Below are positions 1 to 14,454 of a stretch of 64,000 nt of DNA, piece by piece. The stretch is taken from the IMG/VR virus record IMGVR_UViG_3300000285_000003; one strand, given 5' to 3'. A program made the position numbers and the translations under genes. This DNA is from a virus. Numbering within the stretch: the stretch's first letter is position 1; every line of letters begins with the position of its first letter. Below the pieces are notes generated by a model. The model saw only the letters and a list, made by a program, of their open reading frames with translations, did not search any database and had not been told where the DNA came from.

Positions 1-3000
1 GATCTGTGTTAGTCTTTAAGAACGATACGGCGTTCACTATAGCGCTTTGCTATTCTTTGTTGTAAGTAATTCCTCCAGACTTACCGGTTGATCTAACAGT
101 GGTGACATCAGTATTCCTTACAGGAGATTCTGCTTTGGTTTCTTTCGGTTCTAGTTTCTTTGCGTTAATATAGAATTTCTATTTAACTTCTTCTACAAGT
201 TTTGCATATTGAGCATCATTCTCTTGATAACCAATATAATTCATACCAAATCCAAAGTCGCTATTACCAAACTCAAATATATCATTGCCTTTAAAATGTA
301 ATCCCTTCTTCTTACATAGTACATAAATCGGAACTTCTGTTAGGCTTACGTTTCCTGTATCTTTATCTTTGATTCCATTAAATTTACTAACTCCAACCAA
401 TCTGTAAAGAGATCTATTTACATTATTGTTGTACTTATCAGACAACTCATCCTTTACAGTAATATATCTAGGGTATTGCCCATTATCAAGTCTATTGATA
501 GTAGTGACATATTCTGAATTTTTGTCCAATGCATAGCCACATAAAGCAAATGGCTTCATTAACTATGGGTCATATATTCCAGAGTCAGTAAAATTCTTTC
601 GGCCTTTTCGTTCATAATCGTACTGTGGTACAAAATCGGTATCATTCCAATTATTTCTAAGTATATCATCTATAATAGCCTCTCTTATGCTTGGCTCAAG
701 ATTTGTATTAAACTTATTTAACCAGAACTCTACATGTCCAACAAATCCGCTATTAATCTTCCATGAGTTAGGAACATATTTAAAGAATCTGTTAAAACCA
801 GATTTCTCACCAGATGTTAACCATGCGTAAACTACAAGATCTCTAGCAAACTCCTTTAACTCCTAATCGTCCGGATAATTAAGCAATTCTTCCCAAGCAT
901 CAGTTAAGTCATCCTGGTTAAATGATGATTCTGATATACTGTGGAATGTACTAACAAACTTAGGAGCAGGATAAGTCTATCCATTAGCGCCTGTCGTTGA
1001 TTCATCTTTAACCTAATCTGATTCTACGAGCGATGTAAGCAGTTTGTTATTTCTTAAGTAGAACAATTTATCATCTGGATTGTTGATCCTACGCTTTATG
1101 CCAGCAAGCCTGTCAGCTATTGTATTGTTACCAAAGAATAATCTATTAACGTCTATCTTATTATTATCTTCTACTGCATAAGCTCTAATAAAGAGTGATT
1201 TAATACACTGTGAAACATTTCTATCTAACTTGTTGGCTATATCTTCTGTCTATGAATAATTGTTCATAAACTGACCAAGCTAACCAACTAATGAAGTATA
1301 AGATGTAGTAGCCTCAAATACCTATCCAGCAAGAATACTCTTCATTGCTTTCATAAATGAATTAGTCTTCTTATCAATCCAAGAATGTGTCATCATTTTC
1401 ATAACGCCTTCTGGTTCGAAAGATGTGTTACCTTGCTGAATATCCTTTAAGAACTAATCGTACTTCTCTTTATATAATAGCTATTTAGCAAGCGTATTTC
1501 CCTGCTTCTTTGTATCGATCTTAGTAAGCTGTACGAGTTTTGAGATATCATTTACAAATGGCTGTAATATATTCCATGCCTTATATACCTGCACCTAAGC
1601 TCTACAAAAATCTGGATCTTTTAACATATCCTCCTTATTAGTATATTTAAGAGCGTAATTCTTAAGATATTTTTCGCTATCAAACATACTATTTATTATT
1701 CTGATAGGAGAATTATTTTTTGCAGCATTCAATATGTGCTATTCCTTATCGAGCTATTTTTGTATTCCAATTCTAGCTTCATCGGATGTAGCTTCCTACA
1801 AATTGCTAGTAAGCATTCGTACCCTATCTTCGATCTAATCAATTTCATCCAAAGAATCGAGTCTTACGCTATTTATAAATCCTAATTCCCTTGTAACATC
1901 TTGACTATATAATTCATTTCCTTTACCAAGATAGCCAGCTATGTATTGCCTAAGAGCTTTCTCAGTAGCATCCTTCTAAGCTCTGTATTTACTCTTTGTT
2001 AAATCTCTACCATAGTGTCCACTAGCTGCTTCTGCAGCGAATGCCATATCCTTAATAATAGGCTACGTGATAAACCAAACGGAATTATCAGCCTAACCTG
2101 TTCTAACAAGGAAATTAAGCATATTATATGTAAAGCTATTTACGTTTATCTTTGATACATATGGATCCTTTACGATATCACAGTGAGCATTAATAAATGC
2201 TGACAGCCACGACATAACAGCATTACCATTCTTGTCATCACGTAAGTCTATACGTTTGAATGGTGTCTGCTTAGTAAATTCTGTCTCCTTTAATTTTACT
2301 CCGTAAGCCATAGTAAGAGCCTAATTTGTCACATTAAGAGCAAATGGTGCGATACCAAGCTTACCTGTAATATAATCTCTACGTCTATCTGTCTACTCGT
2401 GAAGTGTATAGAAATTGTATGGCAAAGTTTTAGTTGAACCAGCACTATCAAATTGATTAGCTATATTCTAAACAAGATCAGTATCGTTATCGATAGATCT
2501 CATAGCTATCTGTATAGAATTATCATTATCCTTAAGGAGTGTCATGTAATTCTCAAGAAGTTTGTTTTGATAATACTACTTCGTGCCTTTAGGGAATTCT
2601 CTAGTTGCTTTACTATCCTTAACGTCATATGCTAATGATGCAAGATAAAGTTTATCGATATCGAAGTCGGATCCAGTTACTTTGGTAAACTCTCTAGGAA
2701 GAATAATTGTATCTTTTACAACAGGAAGTACATCTACAAAGCGTAAAGCATGTATAGATGATTGAGCCTATGTAGGAATACGGTAACCAATAGTATTGGC
2801 TTTTACATCACTTCTGTTGCCTATAATCTTATTATCAAACAACCATTTTCTAGCCTAATCAAAAGACATGCCTTTTGGTATTATATGCTCAAAATAGTCT
2901 ATAGATATAACAGCGTCCATACTGCCATCATTATTGATAAACTGAAGCTGTTTTCCTTCATTAAGAGTCTACCAATTAATGATCTTTCTAGCTGCTGCAG

Positions 3001-6000
3001 GTAACGTATCGTACTCATCATCTGATACGATATGTCCCTCCATAGCGAATACAGATCTCTGATAGAATGCGTTTCCTGGAGTCTTAACATCTACAATCCT
3101 CTTATTAAGAGCAGATGTAAGAATACTCTCTATCCAGTGTGGATCAGACTGAGCAGCAAGCGGTACATTTAAGTGTTTGCTACCATCTGCATCAACCTTA
3201 ATAGTAATAGCGTCAATTGTATTCTTGTTAGCATTTCTTGACGTAAGCTCATCATTTAAGAATTTAGCGAACTTTTGTATATCAAACTCTCCATCAGTAA
3301 AGAACAAATCATCTACTTCTTTAACTCCCATATCGGAAAGCTAGTTTATAGAATCCATGATATTATCAAGAATCTAAGATCCAGATATAGCTTCGCCTGT
3401 AAGAGAATCTGTATAGTTAACTCTATCAATAATTAAACTGGCAAGTGCTACCTTAGCAGTCTATGTACCAAGATTCATCTCAATCTTTCCATTAGGGTCG
3501 GTATTAAGCTACTTTCTAAGATATCTAAGATCCTATTTGAATGTAACAAATGGCTCTTCTATACCTTTACCCTGTTCAAATTTAGAGTTATGCTTGTTAC
3601 CAATCTTTACAGCAGAATCAAACAAAAGCATATCTACGCCTTCGTTTATCATCTTATTGTATACCTTGCCCATATCTCCCATTGCGATAGATGGGAATAT
3701 AGGGAACAATGCCATCTTATTATAATAAGGTATAAGTAGACTGCCAAGTCGTTCATCATTTCTGTGTCCAAATGCACTATACTTCTGAGCTCCAACAATA
3801 AATTCCTAAAGCTCTGTAAACGCATCTGCCTTCTATCTGAATGTATACTGCTTATTTGGGTCTCTAAGCATAGCAAACAGCTATTTGGCTTTATTGCTAT
3901 ATAATCCAAGAGACCTTAAAAGCTTTTCACACATCTTATCTGTAATGAATGCAGATCCATCTGCTACATTTATAGGGTCTTTAGCTTTAGGATCATATAT
4001 CTTTCCAGCATAAGCTTTATATTCTGCTTGATATTTCTTAGTAACTCTAGCCTTGTCGTTTTCGTCAAGATATTTGTCTCTAAACTCTTCGAAATCTTTT
4101 TGTGTTTTATGTTCTGCGTAAGCTATATCTGCTGCCTCTTTCTTACTTTTACCACTACGCACAAGTTTGTTGTATACAGCTTCTTTTGTATTAGCTTGCA
4201 CAAACATCTTTTCGACACTATTCTGGTAAGCGTCATCAATGTTACCATCGTGCATCTTGTCAGCTTCAGAAGAGACCATAAAATCATCAACCTGCGCACA
4301 TGTGTACTTCGATTCAGAGTCATCCTGGAAGTCGGTTCTAGGGTTAGCTCCGGTAGAAATAAGTCCTCCAAGACGTTTTAACTGGTCAGTTTGTCTATCT
4401 TCTAGCTCGTTCTCACTATACTACCATTTATAGAATGCAGGGTGACCACCAAATAGTCTTTCTACTTCTTGTACAGAAATAATAGATCTTGTAGAAACAT
4501 CTGACATCATTGCTACAACTGCCGCAGCATTCAGCTATTCAATAGTTTTAATACCTTCTGTTCCAGCTAACGAATGCCTAATACAGCTAAACTCATTGTA
4601 GCTTAGACCAACATTCTCTAATGAATAATAGTTGTCTACATCGCCTTTAATGAGCCCTAATTTTATAGCCTTCTTAACTTCTTCTTTAAACTGAATATCA
4701 AGAACTCTAGCCATAATATTTCTCTATTGTTCTCTACTCTTATTAAAGAACTATTCATCAGCTAATTTCAGGCAGTCTATACTACTCTTTTTAGGATCAT
4801 TAAACTTTATTCTGTTGCCATTGTCATCAAGTATGGATGTAAGTGACGAGAATCTTGTACCATTAGGCTCTACCTTTACTGTTTCACCTTTACTGTTTAC
4901 ATACTTATTAGGCGTATGATAATTCTTTATCTTTACAGTATCATCTATAGCTGTATCACCTTCAAAGTATCCAAGCTGATGCATACATTCAAGTATAGCT
5001 GCCTTTTCATCCTTAGCGTAGTCTATAAATATATCCAAAACCTAATCAGATGGTCTTACTATAGTCTTACCAGTTGTATCTGTAACTATTCTAGGGAGTG
5101 CTCCAAGTAACTCTTTTCTAAGAGCTGATTTTTGATCTTTATCAGAACTAGATATAAGTTTATTTATCAGCCTATAATCTATACCAGGAATCAAAAATCC
5201 GTTAATAGCTTGATCCGAAGCCTGTAAATACATATATGTCTTTTTATCAGACATTGTAGGATAAATCAATCCTCCGCTAATAAGCATTGTAACCTTAGAC
5301 ATGTAATCCTCTATATTTGAAACCTAGTTATAATCGGATCCGTAGTCGTCATTCTGATCAGTCTTAAATCCGGCATAGTTATTCATAAGAATCTTCGCCA
5401 TCTTATTTCCTTCGTTCTGAGCAATCCTTCTAAGGACTATTGAGTGCTTATTATAACAGAAATTCTAGATTCTCTACTTAGCTTCATTATTAGGATTTTC
5501 GTCCTATATATCAGCAAGTATATCTGATACTGTATTATTCTCTCCCTGTGTATATGCCTTGTTATTATTGGTTAAGAGGTTCATCATCTCATTCTTAACC
5601 TTGTTATTCATAGACTGATACTTAGCAAGCTCATTTACAAATGAATCTTTATTATATAATGTATCAAGCTATACTTCAACCTATCCAGCATTTCCTATTA
5701 CAGAATCAAGAAGGTTCAAAAATTTACTCAAACTTACAAGAACTGTTTCGTTAAGCATCTATCTAAATGAATCGGCACTAAACTCTCCGTACTTATTAAT
5801 AAGCATATAGTTAATGGTATCGCTGTCAATCTATATACCTATCTTATTAAGTGTTATAGTAATCTTATCTATAACTTCAGACAACTATGCAGGGCTTGTA
5901 ATGTCATATGTATTGTTACCTATCTTTATGTCATTTCCAGCATTTGCCTAAGTCCATATTGATTTAATCCAGTTTGATGTACGTTTAAATATATCCTTTC

Positions 6001-9000
6001 CAGGAGCATTGTATACTACACCGTTCTTGTCTCTATTGAATAATATTCTACCTTCCTAATCTTTCATTGTAGATACAACTCCAGTAACGCCATTAGCTAA
6101 TCTCTTTGACCAATCCTGTGAAAACTTAAGTGTGTCCCTATCAACTGATAAGTTTGACATTCTTATACTTACATTTCCATCTTTGTCTGTAGAAGACCTA
6201 GTCATCATAAAGTTATATTTCTGACCAACCAATGCCTGGAATACTTGTGTTACAACAGCCTCTGCGTTATAGTTGATTCCTTCTCCGGTTGTCTTATCAT
6301 AATCTATGTATTGAGCCTAGAAATACTCATCAAACGTAGAGTATACATAGAAGAACATAGGGTCCTATGAAGCGAGTCTAGCTAATTCGTCATGGAGTTC
6401 TTGAACAGTCTTTACATTGTGAAGCTATTCGAACATCTTACTAAATACTTCAGTCTAAGGCATAAATCTAGGATCACCAAACAAGCTGTGTGATGTATCA
6501 AGTTCAATGCCTTCTTCATGATTATTGGCATTAGCCCACTTAACATATGGTACAGTTCCAAAGAAGAATTTAGCTTTTTGAGATACGCTTTGCAGCTTAC
6601 TCATTTCGTAAGACTCCTTGCCAACATAATCCATATAAGCTCCAGCAGAACCAGCTTCAAGCTGTTCCTACATATCTTCGTCATTAGTATTTCTAACAAC
6701 ACCTTCTTTGCTTATGTTAGCAATCTTAGCATACACTCTATCGGCTATAACAGCAAAGTTTGGATAATACTATTCCTTTCCTATAGCTACTCCATTTTTA
6801 TCAGTTATATACTTCTCTTTGCCTTGCTTAAATATTTCCTGGAATGCTTTAGCCTAAGCTTCTGGTACCGGAACTTCTGGATCTTCACCCATAAGCTATT
6901 TCATCATATCTACACCGATAAGCTTTTTAATATTTGTACCAGTAATTGTAAGTTGATCTATATTATCTCCAACAGCATTAACTCTTCCTTCTTCGAGAGC
7001 CTTCTCTACTATATAAAAAGCTATAGTTTCAACGCAATCGTTGAGCTGCTCGTTGTTTAAGATATTTTCGAAGCTATGCTTCATACCAGTCTTCTGATTG
7101 TAAACATCATAATGAAGAGAATCGCCAAACTTAGCTTTAAAACGCTCAAGGTTTTCTTTACGTATATTGCTTCCTGCTTTTGTTTTGTACCAGCCAGTAG
7201 ACATTATTGCTGACAAAAGTGTAAGTCTAATACTTCCGAGATCCCTAGCAAATTGTACACCGGCTTTAATCTTCTAGAAAAGAGCTACTACCTTATTATT
7301 GGAAAACTCATTATCATCGTAGTTGTTTTGAGCATCCATATACAGATTTGCTAATCCTTCTGCAATCTCTGTATCAGACATCTTATCATTACCTTCTCTA
7401 CTCTTATACCAATCGTATATCTTCTGTCTTTCAGATGGTCTTAGCAACAGCTCCAATACTCTATGGAATGCTTCGTGATACTGCACACCGTCTACAACTC
7501 TATTACCAATGTAAACCATGTCTGACATACATTTTCCGGCAACAGCCATGTCTGCAGGTATATCGTCATTTAACTATTTACCTATCTCATAGTTACCTTC
7601 ACCTATAACGCGCTTTAAATACGCATTCATTTGCTCTCTATCACCATCTGTTATATCTCTAAGCTTATTAGGCTAAACCTCTAATTTTAGTCCTCTAGAT
7701 CGATTTAAAAGATTTTTGAGAGAGTTTAATCTAGGCATTGAGATTGAATCTTCTTTTTGCCGCTCAGTGAGTATATCGTCTATACGATCATCTTGTTTTG
7801 TATTAGGAACCAAATATGGGCCTCTAAAATAAGTGGCAGTATAATTCTAACCGACAACAGATGTCTAAGTGTACTGATGGCGCATAAGGTAACCAGCGTA
7901 TGTACTCTTTCTTCTTTCATTTCCATCCTGGTCAAAGAAATCATCTCTGCTAAACTCTAAGCCATTTGGAGCAACAAATGTATCAACATTAGGGTTATCT
8001 TCAAAGTAATGCTTTACGTTGTTTATAACAGAGTTGTTTGTAAAGTTAAGCTATTGACTAAGCATAGTCTTTTCGAAAGCAACACCAACAGATCTTAAAT
8101 CTGTTCTGAGTCTCTCTAAGTCATGCTCACTTGTAAGATCGTATGATTCTCCAGTTCCATATATATGCTTACCATTGTCGTCGTACTGAGGTAATCCTAT
8201 AATAATCTATTTGTTTGAAGAGAATGTTATAGTTCTAGTCTGATTTGTTTTATAGTTAGGCTAATTATTTTCATTAACATGTACAAGCATCTTAATAAGA
8301 TCATATGTATTGTATCCGTTATAATTAACCTATCCCTAAGCATAAGCTCTTAATAAGTCTACAAGAGAATCAGCTTGATTCTAAGAAAGCTTAGACTGAT
8401 ACAGTATAACTGGAATTGTAGTCTAGTTACCTTTCTTCTCATCGAAGTTTGTATGCCATAAATATACAGTAGAACCTACTGATGTATTCTGTGTTCCAAC
8501 CCTAGCACTATTTAAAGTATGTATAGGACTATTTAAGCCATCAAGACTCATTACGTTCATATTACCTTTCTTGTCCTATTTTACTATACCAATCTATTTG
8601 CTCTTAAGGTCAATAGAATACGTATCATCAAGACTCATTATGTTTCCAACAACAGAATGTAAACCCTCTACTGTTGGAGAGTTTTCATTATAACCAACAA
8701 ATGCAGGATCATAAATAAGCGATCCATTTGTTCTTGTAGGTATAACTCTTAATGAGTAATTCTTATGCTTCTAGCAGAACTTCCATAAATCGACGAGATG
8801 CTGCTGATATCCCATTCTACTTTCGTCACCACCTTCATATATGTGCAATTCTATAGACTGTCCTTTGTATGTAATTCTTAAGTAAGGTCTATTGCTGTAC
8901 TCTGTAGCATTTCTGAATATAATCTCAAACTTACCGTTAGTAATAAAGTCTGGCTAATTACTCCACTCTACATAAGTCTTGTTTTCCTACATGGCTTTTA

Positions 9001-12000
9001 CTCCAGGTCTATGTAATGTTGTTCCAACGCCTTGACCAGAGATATAATTATTACCACCAGATTCATACCACATAAACTCCTGCTTATTAAGCTCTTCTGA
9101 TTCTCTAATTATGGAAGCGTCTGTGTCAATGTATGAGTCATCAAGTTGCTTTCCATACTTGTTAGCAAAGCCAGATATAAGCAATCTACCTCTATTAATA
9201 TTGTCCTAAAGGACAGGATTCATAGGGTTATCTGGATTCTGTTCAATATAATCTTGAGCATTATTAAGCAACATTCCGAAGTAGTTCTTAAGTAACCTCC
9301 AATACCAATCAGATTCAACTTCACCAAGATTCTGTTGGAATTTATTTCCATACAGTCTCATGTAATCTGTTATCTTCTGATTATAATCAAGTGTAAGATT
9401 ATCACTTCCATTTGTGATTGTGTTTCTACTATCTCTTGGAAGTACTACGTTGCCTTTTGCATACTTAGTAAACCACCAATCAAGTATTTCTTCGCTAGTG
9501 TCTCCCCATATAGATCTATTGTTATTAAACTTCATAATAACATTATCTATGAGGTCTCTCTCCTAAGAAACATTTACAGCCTAAGCTTCATTATCCTGCA
9601 ACAGATTATCAAGGGCTATTTCTGCTCTCATTAACTGTATAGACAAATCGTTTATAGCGTCTCTTTCTGGCTATGTAGTAGGTTTTACATCAGCTATTGT
9701 GCTAGATATTGAGTCAAGTGTATTGCAAGCATCTTCCAACTCGAGGACTAACTATGCTACAGTCTTTGGAAGATCATTATAGTCTGTTACGAGCGGATCC
9801 TGTGGAATTTCTTTCTAGTCGTTAAGATTGTTTAACTAGTCAGTAAGATCGTTGTATACCTAGTTTGTGTTCTGTATTATGTTACCAAGCTGCTTTATAG
9901 CGTCTTTTAACTAGTCTTCAGTTGCAAGCTTATCTATATCCAGTATATACTGTGATATACTCGTCTTATCAAATGGAGTTAACGACTAATCTGCAATCTT
10001 CTGTATAGCTGATTCAATATTGTCTATGTTAGACAGATTCTGTTTTACCTGCTGTACTAGCTTGTCTACATTTTGCTTAAGCTGCTCAGTCTGATCTGTC
10101 TTGTCATTTTTAAGATAATTCTAAACACTTCCAACACTAAGAACATTCTCTTCTGAATCAAGATTCTCAGCAACAGTGCCAGCCTATTCTTTAGATTTAC
10201 TAAGATATACATATGATAACATTCCGCTTAAATCTGGAATATCCATAGCATCTAATGGCATATCTTTAATATCATCAAGAAATGTCTTAAACGAATAATA
10301 TCCCTACTATGTACCATAGGCAACAAGTTTTGCAAGAGTTGATAAAAACTTAGGGCTTATACCAGAATAAGCTTCACCAGATCTAGCCCACTCCTTGATA
10401 GCAGCTTTCATCTTAGACTTGAGAAGTCGTTTCTTAGCCTCTATCTTAGCTCTTCTTTCATTTCTCTCTTGTCTTTGTTCAGAAAGATTATTAAGCCTTT
10501 CAAAGGAATCTGCTAATTCGTCATCAGGTTTAGATTTATCTACAATTGCTCTATTAGGTTCCAATCCTGCATTAAGAAGCTAATCATTGATATAATCTTC
10601 GATTATTCTAGCATTGTCTTCATTTCTGGTAATAATGTTCTTATATCTCTTAGAAGACTATAGCCATCTATTTATTTTATCATAGCTTCTACCTCTAAGG
10701 ATCATGTCATCAATCTTGCCCTTGAGTTTTCCTACGGAGCCAAGCTTGTCTTCTTTTATCTTGAGTTCAAGATCATCATGAACATAAGGTCTATCTGTAT
10801 TCTCAAAAGTATTATTTTCTACAGAATAATTGTTTTCCGGAGTATATACTTTATTTTCCTACTTTGTAAGAGATTCTACATGAGACTATGTATCTTTGTG
10901 CTCTGTATTTATTTCTCCAGTAGAAGTATTGTCCTGGTTCCACTTTTGTCCATAAGGATCATTAATAGCATCTGCTAAAGCCCAATCTATTGCCTTATTT
11001 CTCTCTGTGGTAGCCATGACGTCGTCTATGAACTTACTGAATTTAGTGTTACCATTTCCTTCAGCTTTTAGACCATCGGAGAACATCTTCTATCTATCCG
11101 CTATAAGATTTGCGTCTGCATTAAGAAGAGCTCTTACTCTTGTATTCTCCTCTATGTCATCAGAGAACTACTCAATAGCTCCCATGGCGTCAAGCTTATC
11201 CATTACTTGTGCATCATTAAGGCCATCAAGATTGATACCAGACAGCTCAGACAGTCTCTGAGAGATAATCTTTATATCACTATCTATAGACTTGTGTATT
11301 TTAGCAGCATCTTCTCTTATAGTATGCAATCCAAACTTATCTCTAAGCATATTGAAAAATCCGTCAGAAGTCTTGCAATCTGATCTAAGCTTAAGCAAGC
11401 CTCTAAGCTATCCTACAAGTATAGTTCTTTGACGAAGATCCTCAACGTTGCTTATTCCGGTAGGACCTGTCATTCTATTGAGCTTATCCTATTCAGACTG
11501 TGCTGATATCAAATCTACTTCCTAGCCTAATTCCTCAAGAGACTAAGCATTCTGCTCTGCTTCTTGTCTAGCCTTATCAGCTCTCTGCTAAGCAAGACTC
11601 TCTATAGATGATCCACTCTATCTTCTTCTTAATTCCTCATCAATAGCTTGATTAAGCTGTACCGAATGTATAATCTAATTATATTCATCTATAGCCTTCT
11701 GTCTCTAATCTCTGTTCTCGTCAGAATTCTAACCAGTCTAATATACAGATGCTACAGCTGCAGCATATTTATCTGTACCATATTGTATGCCATGCTTCTC
11801 CATTATAGCCTTAGTAGTAGGGCTTAATGTCATTCTCATTATGTCCTATGCCGCTTTTATTGAGGAGTCCCACTCATCGCTTGAGTAAGTATGCTCCTTT
11901 CTTCTAGCGTCCTCCTATTTAAGCTATTGCATAGTATTTAAGATCTACTCCATATTAGATCTACCTTTCATGGCTTCTTTTGCAAACAGCTGTCCCTAAG

Positions 12001-14449
12001 CTCGTTCATTTTGCATCATTATACGATTGGTAATACCGGCATTAAGTATTGCCTAATCTGCTGATATCTGACGTACAAGTCCAGGTATTTCCGATACAGC
12101 TCTCATCGCAACGGTATGACCGCCTCCAAGAGCAAATCCTCCTTTATAATTCTACCAGAACTCTTCATTGTCAAGGAGATCGCTATCTCCTATTCCTAAT
12201 TCAGCTAATATGGCGGCCTGTGTTCTTGAGCCTGCGCTATATTCATTTGCAAACAAACTACCTAGGCTAGGAAGCTCTCCAAGGCCCATCTGCTGCCTTT
12301 TAGCCTGCTCTGCATTAACATACTGTCTGGCTTCTTCTGCAGCCTCAGAGGCTGAAGAAACAGCCCAAACCTTACCCATTTTTAAGCCGTATGCAGAAAG
12401 TCTTCTTGCTGTCAATGGTATCTTATCCAAGATGTCTTGATAGTACTATCCTGCTCTATGTGTAGCAAGTCTAATAAATGCCTAACCTCTGGTTGGTAAA
12501 GCTTTTTTAGCCTAATCTAATACAGCCTTTCCAATACCTGTCATAGTACCATACACATACTAACCGGTCATACCATGTCCTAATACTGTAGCAGTCTGTT
12601 CTCCTAATCCAAATCCGCCTCTAAAGCTATCTGTGAACTCCTTTCTAAGAGTTGCGTATCTACTACCGTTTACGGCGTCTTTAGCTGCTTCTGCAGCAGC
12701 ATTTGTAGCTGCTCCTTCAACTGTATGCTCTATAGCGCCCGTAGCAGAATTAGCTGCACGTTTAATAGTTTTATTCGCAATCCAGTTTATGGTTCCTTTT
12801 CCAGCTTTGTATAGCTCTCTTCCAAATATACCAACCTGTAAACCCTTCTGTACCATAAGATCTGATCCTGTTGTTATGTTATCTTTCTGGAAAAGGGCAT
12901 TACTTCCAGCAAGTGCTCTAAGCTCAGCCTTTCTGTATTCTGGATGGTTAGAAGTTATAATGCCGGATAATGCACTGCGAAGTATCTCGTCATCGCTTTC
13001 TGTATCTGGATTCATGTTCAGTTTCGGATATGCCTATTTAGCCTTTTCTCTCAAGTCTTTTATTATATCCTGGTACTGTTTCTTGCCACCAGACATTAAG
13101 TTTGATTTAAGCTTATCAACATTAGCATCGCTAACTTCGCCCCTATTCTCAAACTTCATGTTCTCTATATCAAGACCTGTGGCAGTAGTCGCTACCTATG
13201 AGCCAATGTTTAACAAGGCTTGTCCTTTTGGTCCTAAGAACGCACCACCAATAGCAGCTCCAGTATTCAATGCCATAGCTATTCTTCCGGCAGTAGAAGC
13301 GTTAGAAGCAGCTATCTGAGAAGGCATTTCGTACTGCCAGTATTCTGGTGAGAATACACTAGCATTAGCGTATCTCTACTTTTTCTTATTGTAATCGTCG
13401 CTAATTGGGAACCACTTCTCGTCAGCCTGTCTGTACCTTACATGCTTTTCATAATCCTCTTGAGCTCCCTTTATTTCAGCATTAAGCTGAGTCTGGAAAT
13501 CTGTATAGTCATCAATCTGTGCTCTAAGTGAGTCTTTTAAAGGTAAGCCCTAGAATCTCTTTCTGTTGTTATCTATATTCTTGTCATATATATACTAGTG
13601 TGCAGCCTAAGAGAACTTTTCTTTATCATTCATCTTAAGTGTTTTATAATCCTAGTTGTTATGCGCACCATAAGCATTAGATGTATTAAGATAAGCTCCA
13701 GCCTTACCTAATACGTCTAAAAGGAATCCACCTGCACCAGCTAATCCCTCTTTGACTGAGTTCCATACATTATCCATGTCGTGCTGAGCTCGGAGCTGTT
13801 CAGCTCTCTGCTCATACACTTCACCATTGTTTATCTGTTTATCAAGCTATTTAATCTGACTATTTATTCTAATAATGTTCTATTTATCTCTATTTGATAA
13901 GTTAGCCCTATTATTAGAGTAGTCTTGTAATTGCTGCTAAAGTTGTAATCTCTACAACTTTAACTCTTTATTCTTCTTAGCTAAATCAACTGTTGCCGAA
14001 GTTTCCTTATTCAGCATTACTTTACCAGAAGCGTTACTCGCCCTTACCTGATCAGTAGATCTGAATATATCTCCAAGCATTTCCTTGCCTATCGCTGTAA
14101 AATCAAATCCAGGATTCTAAGGTCTAAACAATGGGCGCTCCATAGCAAGCTCATCGTTCACTTCCTTAGCCTTTTTTAATTTATTGTACGTATCAGATAG
14201 GTTTCTAGTTTCACGCTCCTCTCTATTAAGCGATTTGGATACATTTACATAATCTTTGTATCCATTATTTACAACTCGTTGAACAGGAGATGTGCTCTGA
14301 TATCTAGCTAAGTTGCTTCTAAATCTATTTGTAACCCTACTGTACGGCGTACTATTATTACGTCTTATGTACCCGATAGGATCATAAGTACTGCCTTCGG
14401 ATCCCCATGGGATTATACTAGGACTTACGTTCCTTGTTCTGTTTGCCAT
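1..14449 (-). CDS. Giant virion-associated multidomain protein, N-terminal >4,816 codons (C-terminus lies beyond coordinate 1); TAG read as sense
   Basis: I hand-scanned the minus frame (codon low coordinate = 2 mod 3) from 14449 down to 2. It has no TAA or TGA and roughly 128 in-frame TAG. Every real-looking ORF-track fragment on this strand between 179 and 14449 is in this frame and ends in TAG. The ATG at 14447-14449 lies just downstream of the TAA (14455-14457) of the upstream gene. An HEAFH (HExxH) motif is at 7463-7477. The virion/cargo or RNA-polymerase-type role is inferred only from size and position relative to crAss-like genomes. Confidence 0.85.
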
Positions 14450-14454
14450 AATTA

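Noticed and set aside
6518-7060. Long plus-strand ORFs inside the leftward block (for example 6518..7060, 12633..13319, 15238..15657, 43574..44683, 48511..48960).
   Set aside because: They are antisense to well-supported minus-strand genes and have low-complexity or hydrophobic shadow-frame composition. One (43574..44683) lies opposite the capsid gene. I treat them as shadow ORFs.
13336-13343. An extra copy of CCAGTATT (the flank of the duplicated hairpin motif) inside the giant gene.
   Set aside because: It has no associated hairpin or loop motif and lies within coding sequence. An 8-mer match by chance is expected.
179-14449. Dozens of short same-strand ORF fragments that look like a heavily pseudogenised region.
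   Set aside because: All interruptions are TAG, all fragments share one frame, and no TAA, TGA or frameshift occurs. Codon reassignment explains this pattern and gene decay does not.
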